Notes under the pieces: model-generated
What the model was told of the DNA's origin: nothing
Database searches by the model: none
Seen by the model: only the letters and a program-made list of their open reading frames with translations
NCBI RefSeq assembly: GCF_000315625.1
Contig: NW_005434606.1
Span: 224,740 to 288,739, forward strand
Direction of reading: 5' to 3'
DNA from: Guillardia theta CCMP2712
Lineage: Eukaryota; Protista; Cryptophyta
DNA length: 64,000 nucleotides
Program-made: the position numbers and the translations under genes
Shown here: piece by piece, positions 12,730-24,479 of the stretch
Layout: every line of letters begins with the position of its first letter
Numbering within the stretch: position 1 is the first letter of the stretch

Positions 12730-13640
12730 CTTTACTTATGAGATATCCCATCTATGAGGTAGAACCACCCAAGGGGTTCCATCCGGCCCTCGGAAAGTTC
12801 CTTGAGATTTATAGCTGAGGGGTTTTTTTTAAACCTGTTGGCCCCGGCCTTGTTAAAAACAAATCACTACGAGCATCCCTCTTCAACCTCTAAAGGCTCC
12901 TGCAAAAAAGTGTCCAAGCTGTATGTTGTTCTTTTTTTAATCTAAAAGTAGTTTATTAGTTACGTTGGGTGGCCGACAAACCTGGTACTGCCCCCCCGGT
13001 TCTTGTGCTTAAAATATAATTTTCTGTCCCTACCAGCAGGCGTATAAAACAGATAAATTGTTTTATAAAGTATTTATAGAAATTATAAAAATCTAAAAAT
13101 CATGTTATAACACATGTAGATGTCCAACTACGGCAGGGAGTGGGGCCCAACGACCCCTCATAGCTATCCAGGGCTGGAGGCTGAAGTATTTCAAAACGTT
13201 TCATTAAATTTCCCATATGCAAGGTAATTTTTGAAAATATCTCGTGCAAATCTGAACTGGAAGTGAACCCATAATGCCACACAGCCCGCCCCAGGTGGGT
13301 TTCTTCCAGGGGTAGTTCCTCTTTGACTTTGGGGGGTATGGAAGTCGGGTGGGTCAAAATTTTGGTTTGGCGTGGTAGAGCACCATGGCAGGAGGAGAGT
13401 TGATCATCGTGTCGATGCGACAGATGAAGGGAACATGATGGTTACGACAGAAGTCTTTCAGCTTGTATGGCCACAAGATTGCAGATTGTAGATATTCTTT
13501 GTTGATCCTATTCCATTTTGAATCGCTGCCTGTCATAGCCAATCAGTGGGCCCACATTTATTTTTAAAATCACATATAGCATAGTACCGGTATTTTTGTG
13601 TGATATCTTCGGGGTACCTTTTCAGGAGGGGGTGGGTGAG
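12730..13640. repeat. AT-rich/GTAC-type intergenic island with short orphan ORFs (possible decayed element)
   Basis: Abrupt composition change, A/T and G/C runs, ggtac words. ORFs 13100-13357 and 13354-13542 have no motif I recognise. Confidence 0.4.
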
Positions 13641-13798
13641 TTTGCAGGAAATCGCAGTGGCAGCAAGGCGGCGACCAGGTTTAAGGATGATTAACTCAGC
13701 CTGTGCAATGATGACAATCGTGAAACCACCATAGCCTATCAGGAAATTGTAAAATCTATATCATGGTATCAATCATTTGAATGTCATCGTAGCAGTGT

Positions 13799-14324
13799 TT
13801 AATATTTTCTACAATACGTATTCTCTTTTTTCTGCTTGCAGCCAGCAATGCTACGCAATCCCCGGAACCGTTGCATATTACCTGTTAATCCTTCATCCCA
13901 TTGCCCTGCTTTAGCATATACTCGCTTTCGATTGTTCTTCTGCGTACTACTGTCTGGCTCCACATCATTATCAGATCCATCCCGTGCATTGAAAGCTTCA
14001 CTGGCGTGCGGTTTGCTCAGGACAATTCGCTTCTTCGAGTGCTCGTATACAGAAGGCAGGTGTGGATCCACCTTTTTAGATAATTCCATGCATGCCTGAT
14101 TGAATTTTCTCAGAAAATCCTTCTTGTTCAGATGGCCGATCAAGGACCACAGATTCTCTACACTATCTGTGCACAGAGTTCGTGAATTGAAGTCAAACCC
14201 TAAACCCTCTCCGAGGGTAGCCAAGCCGCCTGGATCGTACGGTCTCTCAGCCCTTGTCATAATTGTGCACCCTGAAGCTGCAAGCTCTGAGAACTGATGG
14301 TGAGAGGCATCCGACATCCTTGCT
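13799..14324 (-). CDS. Hypothetical protein, last exon (upstream exons unresolved)
   Basis: ~170 aa open exon (SDASHHQFSEL...VENLWSLIGHLNKKDFLRKF...) that follows a CT-rich intron ending catag; no known motif. Confidence 0.4.
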
Positions 14325-15127
14325 ATGAGACTGAGAGGACGAGGGAGAAGGAGAAGGAGAAAGGGAGGGAGGGAGGGAGAGGGAGGGAGAGGGAGAGAGA
14401 GAGGTGGGGCTTGGGGGGAGGCGGGGTGGCGGGGGCTATCAACGGCACAGTGGCAGGACGATCTTGTGCTTGACTGCGGCTCGACTACGGCTGCCACACC
14501 GAGAACTTGTCAACGTACACTACAAGACGTTGGAACAGCGGGCTGTCTGCTGTATGTACAACTCAACGAACATCCAGATCGAGACCACGACGAGAGCAGA
14601 TGAAAGGGATCAAGGGCAAACCTGTCACACGGCTTGCTGGTGGTATTAAGGTTACAACAAGGGGGATGCATCAAGCTTCAAGTTGTCCTGGTTCTTCCCT
14701 GATTCGAGGTACCAGGGCGTTGAGGTCGTTGTCTTACCTCTCTGAGCGTTATTCTGCTTTCGACTTCACAACTCCCTCCTTGTGACAGCTCCGGCGGCTA
14801 AGCACCCTTTCCTCCTCCCTTTCTCCCCCTCCCGGCCGTCCTCGCTCTCACCAACCGCCTTGCTTCAGAGTCTATCGTGGCAAGAGCGTGTTCGCTTCCT
14901 GGCCCATTCTCAGGCTGCGGCAAGCAGTAGACTTCTCACCCTGCTATGGTCCAGGCTTTCGAGCTTCATTATGAGACGAGACCAGCACAAACCAAGCTCT
15001 CAAGTCCTCATAATCGTTTCGTCATCGACCCAACGTTTCTCCTTCTCTCACCGGGATCTGCTTCTCCTCTAACGAGTCTAGCATCCCTCAGTTGCCTGCG
15101 TCTCTCAGCGATGATCTCCCGGTTGCT

Positions 15128-18100
15128 TCATGGGTCCTCGTCACCCATATCGTCTTGCTGCATCGACGGTTCACTAAAAGGTTTTGTTGCCAGCCCGACC
15201 TCCATAAGTATCAGTATCCTGTGTCTTCGGCACTCCTTCTCTCCGCCTGACACCACAGTGTGCCATCCTGAGTATTTCACTAGGTCCATCGTCCAATGCA
15301 GAACCAACCACCTGTCACCTGCACGTTTCGGTAGGATATCCTCGGCATTGTACTCTGCCAGCGCCGGAGCCATGAACAACAGGAGGTCGTGCCCGCCGAT
15401 GGCTAGTTTGTTCACAAACTTCTTCAGCCGCGATTGACCAACTGCCTGTCTCCAGTTCTTAAACTCCGCTGCACCCCTCATGCTTCTCTGGCCTTCAGGA
15501 CCGTGGACGGGGCCCGCAAACTGTCCGTCCCGTCTCCGCTTATCCATACATCGAATGTAGTACCCGAAAGCTTGATGGTTAGGTATCTCACCTTCACTGT
15601 CGCGTAAGGGGATCAGATTACAGAAGCACTGAGTCAAGACTTTACGGAACTCCTCCGCCGATGTTTCGTCCTTCACGGAACCAAGCACTTCCTTCACTTT
15701 GCTTCCCACTTCCCTTCCGCAATGATGGCTGAGGGTCGAAAGTATGTCCTCGGGTTCGGCCCAGCTCGCCAACATCACGACGACTGCTCCAAACGACTCC
15801 AGCAGGTTCCCGTCTTGCCGCAGCGCATCCACTGCTGTCGGATCATCCATGGGCTTGAGAGCGTCTCGGTGAATTCTCCTCAACACCTCAAGGCTCGAGA
15901 TTCTTCCGAAAGGCCTCCCACCGCCAGCACAGATCGCGACAGTGATAGGATCTACCCAGCCTGGCGGGAACTTGCTGGTCAAATCGTTCAGTTCGATCCC
16001 ATTCATCTCAATCTTGTCCTCGATCCGATGAAGTCGAATGATTGACTCAGAGCTGCCGCGTGCAGGTACTTGGCTCCTCGGCCAAGCATTGAGAAGACCA
16101 AAACCCTGCAAGATGTGCGCCTGACACATGCTTTCGTGCGTTGCTATCTGAAACATACAGTACAACGATGCGTCCTTCAGATTTTTCTTGTCAGCTCGTA
16201 CCATGGCCAACACTGGATTCGCTAGATCTCGAAACAAGGTCGCGCTGTCTTTTCCTTGTCCACCACACCCATACTTGAAGAATAGATGGCAAAGCAATGG
16301 GTTGACATTGTCGAGCAGCCCCCCAATCATCTCTTCCCCAAACACCTGCTTCAGGATATCACGCTGCTCATCAGACTGAAGGATCATCGGAGGAAGAGCT
16401 CGGTGGGTGATGCACTTGATAGTCTCTTGGTTCTTCCCTCGGCTATTTGTCGTCTGCTGCAAAGCATTGTTGAAATTCATCACCAGAGTGTTGGTACCCA
16501 ACATGATACAATGAAAGCCTGCATTACGAAGAATCCTCTTGAGGAACAACAACCTCCATATGGCGTTGGCCCGGCAGGGAATACCTTGATACCTCGGGAT
16601 TGCTTCATCGACAAACACCCACAGGTCCCCCTTCTGGGTCCACAGCTTTGCTTCCCCCACGCTCACCTTTCCTGGACCTTTCGTCTTGCCAAACAGGTAT
16701 CCCAGAACCCCAAGGACATTCCAGCTCGGGGCCAGCACGTCGATCGTCAAGACTTGCTGCTCACATTTTGTTGGGTCAAGGAAATCGATCCTGCGATCAC
16801 ACGCCTGGAGATCGAGATCGATGGCTACATTCAAAAGATGCGAGATGCCTTGTACATTCAGATATAAGTCCTGTTCCTGGACGTATCCGAACAAGCAATA
16901 AAGTGAAGTCTTTGGATTTCGTACAAAGTAGTCTGCAGCACACAGCGACTTCCCGCTCCCCGAGCATGCCTCGATCATACAAGTAACAATCCCGGCTTCT
17001 TGTGTCGCGTTTGCTACTACTTTGTCGATGGGGTTCCTTTCGCTGAATGTACCAGTTCTTGATCCCAGCACTTGGTCTAAGTATTTCTTCAGGCTGTCAA
17101 CCACTCCTTCCAGCGCAAAGCTATACTTGAGAGAGATCGCATCCAACACTGCAAAACACCCTTCAGAGCTTTGCCTTTTCAAACCACCTCAACGCTCAGC
17201 ACGGCAGCACACAATCTCAGCAAGTACAGGTTACCTGCCGTATCCGACCGCCAAGGCAAAGATGCACGAAACTCTGCAAGCTTGGATTCATTGACGCACA
17301 CCGAGCGCTGCAAATCATCTATCAAATGGGTCTGATTCTGGGTTTGCGCATGATGCAGCTTCGCCTTCGCGACCTCTACCTCCCCCCTCAGCTTCGCCTC
17401 CACGACCTCTACCTCCCCCTCATGCTTCGCCTCCGCGACCTCGACCTCCGCCGCCGCGATCCCCTCCCCAGCCTTTTTTGCTGCTGCAAGCTTCGCCTTC
17501 GCGACCCCTACTGCCCCCTTCTTCTTCGCCTCAGCCAGGTCTATCTCCCCATTCTTCATCTTCTCCGCAACCTCGACCTCCGCCGCCGCGATCCCCCATG
17601 CGTCCCCAGCCTTGTTCGCTGCTGCAAGCTTCGCCTTCGCGACCTCTACTCCCGCTGTCTTCTTCGCCTCCGCGACCTTTACTCCCCCCTCCTGCTTCGC
17701 CTCAGCCAGCTCGACCTCCGCCTCCGCTATCAACATCACGTCCCCAGCCTTGTTCGCTGCTGCAAGCTTCGCCTTCGCGACCTCTACTCCCGCTGTCTTC
17801 TTCGCCTCCGCGACCTTTACTCCCCCCTCCTGCTTCGCCTCAGCCAGCTCGACCTCCGCCTCCGCTATCAACATCACGTCCCCAGCCTTGTTCGCTGCTG
17901 CAAGCTTCGCCTTCGCGACCTCTACCCCCCGGTTCTGCTTCGCCTCCGCCAGCTTTACCTCCGCCGCTGCTATCACCCTCTGGTTCCCAGCCTCATTCGC
18001 CGCCTTCAGCTTAGCCTCTGCAACATCAATTTCTGCATACGCTATCTGCACGCTGTTTCCGCTTTTGCGCGCTTCTTCTAGTCTCGCCTTCGCCAGGTCT

Positions 18101-18207
18101 TCCTCTGACGCGGGGAGGTCCCTCCGGTTCCCACGAGCATTCAACGGGTTCAGCTCCGCCGTCAGCTCCGCTTCTTCTTGTTCAGCTGGGCTTTCAAACC
18201 CTTCCAA
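15128..18207 (-). CDS. Crinkler/RHS (CR)-type protein: Ala/Glu/Lys repeat header + P-loop NTPase + PD-(D/E)xK restriction-endonuclease-like domain
   Basis: ORFs 17179-18207 and 15128-17182 join in frame through a 47-nt GT-AG intron (17234-17188): DTAG|GLKRQSSEG. Walker A ACSGSGKS (~16947-16970), Walker B LWVFVDE (~16604-16624), then LLFLKRILRNAGFHCIMLGTN and DGNLLESFGAVVVMLAS. C-terminal RRRDGQF...AAEFKNW. No in-frame ATG upstream of the repeats. Confidence 0.7.
17355..17975 (-). repeat. Coding tandem repeat, 138 bp (46 aa) units built from ~11-aa sub-repeats
   Basis: Units starting 17601, 17739 and 17877 are 138 bp apart; the first two look identical. Peptide AAANKAGDVMLIAEAEVELAEAKQEGGVKVAEAKKTAGVEVAKAKL. 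Confidence 0.9.
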
Positions 18208-18299
18208 GCAACTTCCCTCAGCTTCCGAAATGATTTCAAGTTTCTTACAAAAGTTGGTTCAAGGGTCCCGCTCTTTTGGGCAATTAAAGATTAGAGTAA

Positions 18300-18505
18300 G
18301 GTGGGTCCGGTATACTGTTTTAACAGTTAGGGCTCTGGTACAAATTTCATGTTAACAGTTAACCGTTTTTCAACGGTTTTCGTCTTCCTGTTAAAATCAG
18401 TTTTAATGGTTAAGTCTTTTAAACTTCAAATCCGATCAAATTTTTAAAAGCACCGCGATTGTTTCATCGCGGTTAGTTAAATTTAAAAGTCAGATTTTTA
18501 AACTC
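18300..18505. other. AT-rich hairpin cluster immediately upstream of the CR gene
   Basis: actgtt-tt-aacagt (18314-18327), aaccgtt-tttc-aacggtt (18361-18378), accgcgat-tgtttc-atcgcggt (18452-18473). Confidence 0.7.
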
Positions 18506-19188
18506 CCCTGGTGAGCCCCCCCCCGACCCGCCTTGGCTCCATGCTGCCCCTCCCGCACTGCGGCGGCACAAGTCGCCCCCAACGCGCTGATCATCAAGAG
18601 CAATGCTCCTCTTACTGGGTTATGCTATGATACACATCGATAGCATCCAATCCACCGTAAAGTGCACTTTCTCAATGCATCACGTTGAAAGATTTCACGT
18701 CAAGAGCCGATGTATTGCTGCTGTCAATCGACTTGGATCATAGCTATCCAAGTTTATTCAGAAGCTAGCACTGATGATTCCAGGGATAGCAACAGGTCTC
18801 TCAGACGCGATGTCCTTCCGAGTTCGGAAATGTCGGCTCAAGGTGAACACCATTTTGCAGATGTGAAGCTGATGATGTCGCAAATTCTAATTTCCCAGTC
18901 GGTGTATTCAAACTTGGTATGTTTGTCTGACTTTACATCGTCAACGATGTGCATTGGTCATGGTTTTGAAAGCTATAGTTTGTCTGTAATAAAGTCATTC
19001 TTACCGAGCTCTTATCATCGTTTAAACCCATGCCAGCTCACTTGTTTCAACTTAGAGATCTGTTCTGGTTGCCCTTGTGTTCGACATTGGCATCGGAAGC
19101 ACCTTGATCTGCGTTCGGACTGCTATTTAAACTTGGAGCTTTCAATTCATACAAGCTGAAATTCCACACAAAATCGAGTTGTTCATGC

Positions 19189-19701
19189 TCATTCGCTGTA
19201 AACATCCGACTGAAGCATTCGAGTGAGCGATTGATGATTGTTTGGGCATTTTTGTTTCCGCTGAGCTCGACGCAGATTCAAAAAGTTGCGGTGCAGATTG
19301 ATAGAATTAGCTATGCCTACTGCATCAGAGCATGGTTCTTTTGATGACGAGTCATCACCTACACTGTGCAAGTCTTGCTTGACGAAAAGGTAGGATGTCG
19401 TGTTAAGATGTAGAGGAGGATGAGATGAAGATTGAGACTTGTCTCGACAAACTCTGATGCTTCTGAAGCCATTTCGAGTAAAGTACCGTTGAACTGTGCA
19501 TTGTTTCGCACGCTTGCTCTTTGGTTTCTTGACGGGATCACTTTGTGTGACAACACTGGATCGAGAGATACTTGTAGGAAGTTTCCTAACAAAGGTGTGG
19601 GACCACACAGGCAGTTTCGAGGTCACGGTAGGAAGAGCACGAAACTTGTTCGTGGGAACGAATTTTGCTGGTGGGGGCCAGTTGTGTCCGACATTTTGCA
19701 T
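19189..19701 (-). CDS. Hypothetical basic protein (possibly spliced further toward ~18700)
   Basis: ATG at 19701 opens a 170-codon frame (MQNVGHNWPPPAKF...PVKKPKSKRAK...); no known domain. Confidence 0.3.
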   Translation of the reverse strand: MQNVGHNWPPPAKFVPTNKFRALPTVTSKLPVWSHTFVRKLPTSISRSSVVTQSDPVKKPKSKRAKQCTVQRYFTRNGFRSIRVCRDKSQSSSHPPLHLNTTSYLFVKQDLHSVGDDSSSKEPCSDAVGIANSINLHRNFLNLRRAQRKQKCPNNHQSLTRMLQSDVYSE

Positions 19702-19729
19702 GTTCAGATCGGTAAGACTGAGATGCAGT

Positions 19730-20475
19730 GCGGTGCCAGTGACGCCTGGCACGTCGGATGAACTCGGTGACCGTGACGGTTTGGGCCCACTGCCGCTGGC
19801 AGGACGAGGTGCAGTGCATCTGATGACTTGAATCTTCAAGGCTTCGACCAGGCGTACAGTGTAGTACCGCAGGCTTCCTGGCGGCCTGGGCCTGGACTTG
19901 GGACTGGGAATCATAGCGGCCTTCAACTACTTACCGTGTACTTCTGGCACTGCCGCAGTTTGATCGGCGCGGCCCGGGCGGCCACGGCCGCACTGCCGGC
20001 TGCTGGCGTCACTGACTCGTGTCTCTGTGATCTGACTCAGTGACTCCATCCGATCATGACTCACTCAGCCGGCACGCCGGCGGCGCCGGGCAGTCACTAG
20101 TATGACCCGCCGGGGAGCCGGGAGCCTCGGTCAGTTCGGTCACGGTTCCGATCGGATCATCTGATCATCATGTGACTGGCGGGCCAGGCTGGCAAGCTGC
20201 CAGCCGGGCTGCCCTCAGAGGCCCCGGCGGGGCCCGGGGCCCGGGGGGGTCACCCGGCACGGTTCCGAACCGTTCAGGCTGCCGGCGGCCAACGGCGGCG
20301 GGGCCCAGGCAAGCGTGGCCTCGCCGCCGGGGCCGCCGCGGCGTCCGAGCCGGTGCCTCCGAGCCTACGGTCACCGGGCCGGGTCTTGCTCGCCGGGATC
20401 GGACTCGGGACTCGGACTACCGTGTGACTGGGCTCGGAGTCGGGGCGGTCGGGCCCGCGCGATTGGACTGTGACT
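19730..20475. repeat. GC/CpG-rich hairpin-mosaic island B
   Basis: tccgatcgga (20147-20156), gccccg-g-cggggc (20221-20233), acggttc-c-gaaccgt (20259-20273); many tgactc/gtgac words. Confidence 0.7.
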
Positions 20476-20548
20476 GAACATAGAAAAGTTGACAGCACTG
20501 CCGGGTTCCAGGTCCGCCTCGTGTGTCTCTTCGCAACTGCGGCTCTCC

Positions 20549-22245
20549 ATGCAGAGGATGCCGCGCGCCCTGGCAGGCGCCATGGTGGCGTCAGTGCTTC
20601 TCGCAGGAGCGACTCTGCTGATCATTGTTCCTTCCTCCTTTGCTCCTGAGCAGGATGAGACAGAGCTGCTGCTGAAGGTTGACCTCGAAGCACACGAACC
20701 CTACTCTCCTCCCCCGAACATGTACCTGTGGTGGGGGCCCTCCACCAACCACAGGTTTGTGGGCAGCGGAGAGCACATTAGGCATCTTCTGCACATGGGC
20801 CAGGTTGAAGGAGGAGAATGGAGGGACCCCATGTTCCTGGGCAACAACGGAGTGGCTACTTTCCGCTCGCAGCGTTTCCGTAAGATCAGCGAGACCTGCT
20901 GCAGTACCATTGTTGTCCCGCCCATGGAGTGGGACTTTCCGGTCTACAACACGCACAAGATGATTGGGCAGAGGATCAGGAACTTCGTTGCCAACGGCAA
21001 CATGCTTGTCCTCACGGGTGGCATCCTGGCTGTTGAGTTCATCAACTCCTACTTCTTCTACAACATCGAACTCGCGGACGGCAACTACAGCCCTGGTCCT
21101 TATCGCAGGCTCAAGGACATCCCAGAGTGCATGATGCAAGGGCCGGAAGTTCTCCCGCAGAAGGGCATCTCAGTGACCGCTGTGAAGAAGGACTCCTTGC
21201 CTTCGGGGACTGAGGTGCTGTGGGGAACCCCCCGGTCAAGCCCTGTCTTCATGATCAAGTTCTGTGAAGCGCAGAGCCCCGACGAGGGCATGCCGCCCAC
21301 CAAGGTGCTCCCTCGTGACTGCCCACTGGCGGAGAAAGACGGCAGGCCATGCTCTTGCGGTTACATCATGTACATCGGGTACAACTACCAGGAGCAGTAC
21401 CCCACTCGATGGGACCGAGTCCTCAGGGGAGCCGTTGAGATCATGAGCCCTTCATACAGAACCCCCGCAGGAGGATACAAGGCGAACAAGGAGGTGGTGA
21501 TCCCGGGGACCCCTCCCTGCCTGCAGAAGGGCAACAAGAAGTTCGACTGGCCCAACACCGGTGCCTACAGCAGCAGCAAGGTGTCCCAGGAGAACCTGGC
21601 TTCCAAGGCCGAGGAGAAGAAGGGCTCGCGCGGAAGGTGCGGCCGCTGCGACTTGTGTGAGAGGAGCTGAGTTGTCTTGCAGAGTTTCGAAGGCTCTGGT
21701 GCAGGCCGATCAGAAGATCGATGCCCAACAGCAGGAGATTGACGCTCTTGAAAATCAGGTGCTACACCATGTTGTGGATGCATACTTGTTTTTTTGAGGG
21801 GTGGAGGGATCATGGACTGTGCAGTGGTTGTCTCAATTTCTCCTCTATTTCGATGCGATTACTTGTCTTTTGTGAGCGAGCGGTTTCTGACTTTTCTCCC
21901 GTCAGGTTCGAACTTTGTCTCAGCAGCGGGACGAGGCTGCCATGCGACGCAGTGGGAGGGCTTCGAGTGAGAGTCTGCATCAGCTCAAGAGCCAGGCTCA
22001 TCAGCTCCTTCATGAAGTCCATGAGCGAGAGGCCAGACGCAGCCGCAAGGACAACACTGAAGCCTCCTTGGTCAAGGCAGTGTCAACCCTTTCAGAGGTG
22101 AGAAGTGAAAGCAGTGACCCGATTGGCTGACGGTAAGCAGGACGTGAAGAGCATTGATACCAAGATGAATCATCTCACTAAGATCGTTTCTTCCCGACAC
22201 AAGAAGGTTGTTGACAAGTATGGGATCCCCAATGGGAACGCATAG
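20549..22245 (+). CDS. Signal-anchored hypothetical protein with a class I GATase-like fold candidate and C-terminal coiled coil (spliced)
   Basis: Hydrophobic N-terminus ALAGAMVASVLLAGATLLIIV; globular exon with IRNFVANGNMLVLTGG and GYIMYIGYNY; short coiled-coil exons ending ...KVVDKYGIPNGNA* at 22245. Confidence 0.65.
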
Positions 22246-22553
22246 ACTGCTGGAGGGAGAGGCAAGAACCGAGTTCGACGTGCAGCATCTTGTACAGTAC
22301 AAAGAATGATGCGGCGGGCGAATGGGCAGTTTGTCACATTTTTTTACCATTCAATTTCATTAATTAACTTGCATCCGAGGACCTGCTAGTAAACTCTTAC
22401 GCCATGGAAGCTACCGTGCTCTTCATTTTTCAAGTGGCCAAGTCATCACGATCTACATCCTTGAAGCCTGCCAGAGGCCTCAGCCGTCTCGCATTTCGCT
22501 CGTACGGTCGGGCTCACTGGATGAGCATAGTTGAAACATTGCGGATACCATTT

Positions 22554-24134
22554 CTATGTATCTACGATCACCACATCGTCCTCAGAGCCATTGTCATCTT
22601 GGTTCTCTCTTCCGTCCACCCCCGCCTGTTTGTCCTGCAGCATCTTCAGCACTGACTTCTTCCGCGGCTCATCTTTGCAGCCTGCCGAAGGGCAGCATGC
22701 CCTGACAGGACAAACGTCGCAGCTCGGGCGGAGGGGAGTACACACAGTCTGCCCGAAGCTGATGAGAACAAGAGTGAAGTCCACCCGCTCGCTCTCAGGC
22801 ACCCATTCTTCCAGCATCCTTCTGCTGTCCTCCGCCTTCCCCCCGTCTGCGCTCTTCACCGCCCACCCCAGCCTGCCCGCCACCCTGTGAACGTGGGTGT
22901 CCACTACTAGCCCAGCTGACTCGTCGCCGAGGCCCACGGAGAGCACAAGGTTTGCGATCTTGGGCCCGACCCCCTCCAGCTGGACAAGGGAGGAAAAGGA
23001 GGCAGGGACTCTGCCGCCATGCCTCTTCTTCAGGCTGACAGCACAGGCATGGATGCTCTTGGCCTTGGTCTTATAGTAGTTGCATGACTTGATGTACGGC
23101 TCTAGCTCCGCGGCCGTCATCGAGCTCACCCGATCGACCGTCAGCTGCCCTCCGAGCCCCTCACGGAGACTCTCGAAGGCCTTGAGAGCAACTGAGTCCA
23201 GGCACTGGACGCTGAGCAGCGCAGCGACAAGGCAGAGGAAGCCTCCTCCCTCCTCGCTCCTGATCCTCATGAGGCAGCGGTGAAAATCCCTGACGGACCC
23301 GTTGGGCCGCGACTCAGAGATGAGACGGAGCACATGCCGCCGATGGCGAACGACAGCATCGCACTCCTCGATGTCCTCAACTTCCTTCCTCTCCTCCTTT
23401 ATGTCCCTCGATGTCCCCACCTGCCGCCCGGAGGGTCGTAGCATCTCGACAGCACCGTCTCTGCTCCTTCGGTGAGCAGGAGGTCCTAGAGGCGCCTGAG
23501 AGGAGCTGTGCTCTAGAGCCTCCGACTCACGCCCTACATGAGGCTCAACAACGCGAGAGTGAAGCAGGCGGCAACAACCAGCAGCAGCTCCTGGGTCCCG
23601 AGCTGCCTTGGCGAGCTTGCAAGGCCTGTACGTCATGATGGTGAGTGCCCGCTGTTGATATGCTGGCGCAGTGCTGGCTCTCCCACCTGTGATCTGCAGA
23701 CTCTGATCGCAAGCTTGCCTTGACTGCATCACCTGGTGGAAGTCAGAGCAAGAGTGAGGAATCAAGAGCCGACTTGTCTTTGGGAGGGGCACGGAGGGTC
23801 GCCTGGCTGCCGGAGCTCTCAGGTCTTTCTTCGGCTGAGCAAAGTGCAAGTCAGAGGGCAGATAGTTCTCAGCATGACTGCAGCAGCTACCTGATACCGG
23901 AAAGAGTCCAGATCTAGCAAGACCTTCTGCATATCAGATCAATCCCCTCGCTCCCTCCAGCAACCCCCCCCCCCCCCACAACTCTCGTGGGGGGGGAGCC
24001 GCCTTCCCCTTCAGCGCCTCCTTCGCTGCTGCTGATGTGCCATAGATCCACTTTTCGAACAAGGTAGTGTTGCTCTCCTTGCCAGCCTCGTCGATGGGCT
24101 GCGATCCGGCGCTTCGCAGGACCTCCCCTGCCAC
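22554..24134 (-). CDS. NTH1: Endonuclease III / NTH1-family HhH-GPD DNA glycosylase with 4Fe-4S motif (5' exons uncertain, near gap)
   Basis: LVQLEGVGPKIANLVL (HhH with catalytic Lys), VVDTHVHRVAGRLGW (catalytic Asp), FGQTVCTPLRPSCDVCPVRACC (C-x6-C-x2-C-x5-C). Confidence 0.9.
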
Positions 24135-24257
24135 CTGCGCAGGAGCGGATCAGTCATGAATGTGTTGGAGGGAGCAGGGGCAAACCTTCTCTGCTATGTG
24201 ATCCTCCTTCGACCCACCGATACCTTTGGCGAAAGACTCTCAGATGCTCCTCCTCCT

Positions 24258-24357
24258 NNNNNNNNNNNNNNNNNNNNNNNNNNNNNNNNNNNNNNNNNNN
24301 NNNNNNNNNNNNNNNNNNNNNNNNNNNNNNNNNNNNNNNNNNNNNNNNNNNNNNNNN
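24258..24357. other. Assembly gap (100 N)
   Basis: Run of N. Confidence 1.
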
Positions 24358-24479
24358 CCCCCCGCCGGTTTGTTCCCCCTCCCCTCCAGCACAAGCATGT
24401 CACTTATCACAAATTCTTTCATATCTCCCACTTCTACTCTTGACTTCTCGTCTTCTGTCGCTTCCTGCCTGCATTTCGC

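Noticed and set aside
12791-12806. GAAAGTTC words (also ~38360, ~49150) as heat-shock elements
   Set aside because: Only two nGAAn units each; expected by chance.
17326-18355. Long plus-strand ORFs over the CR header
   Set aside because: Antisense shadows of the repeat-coded minus-strand frame.
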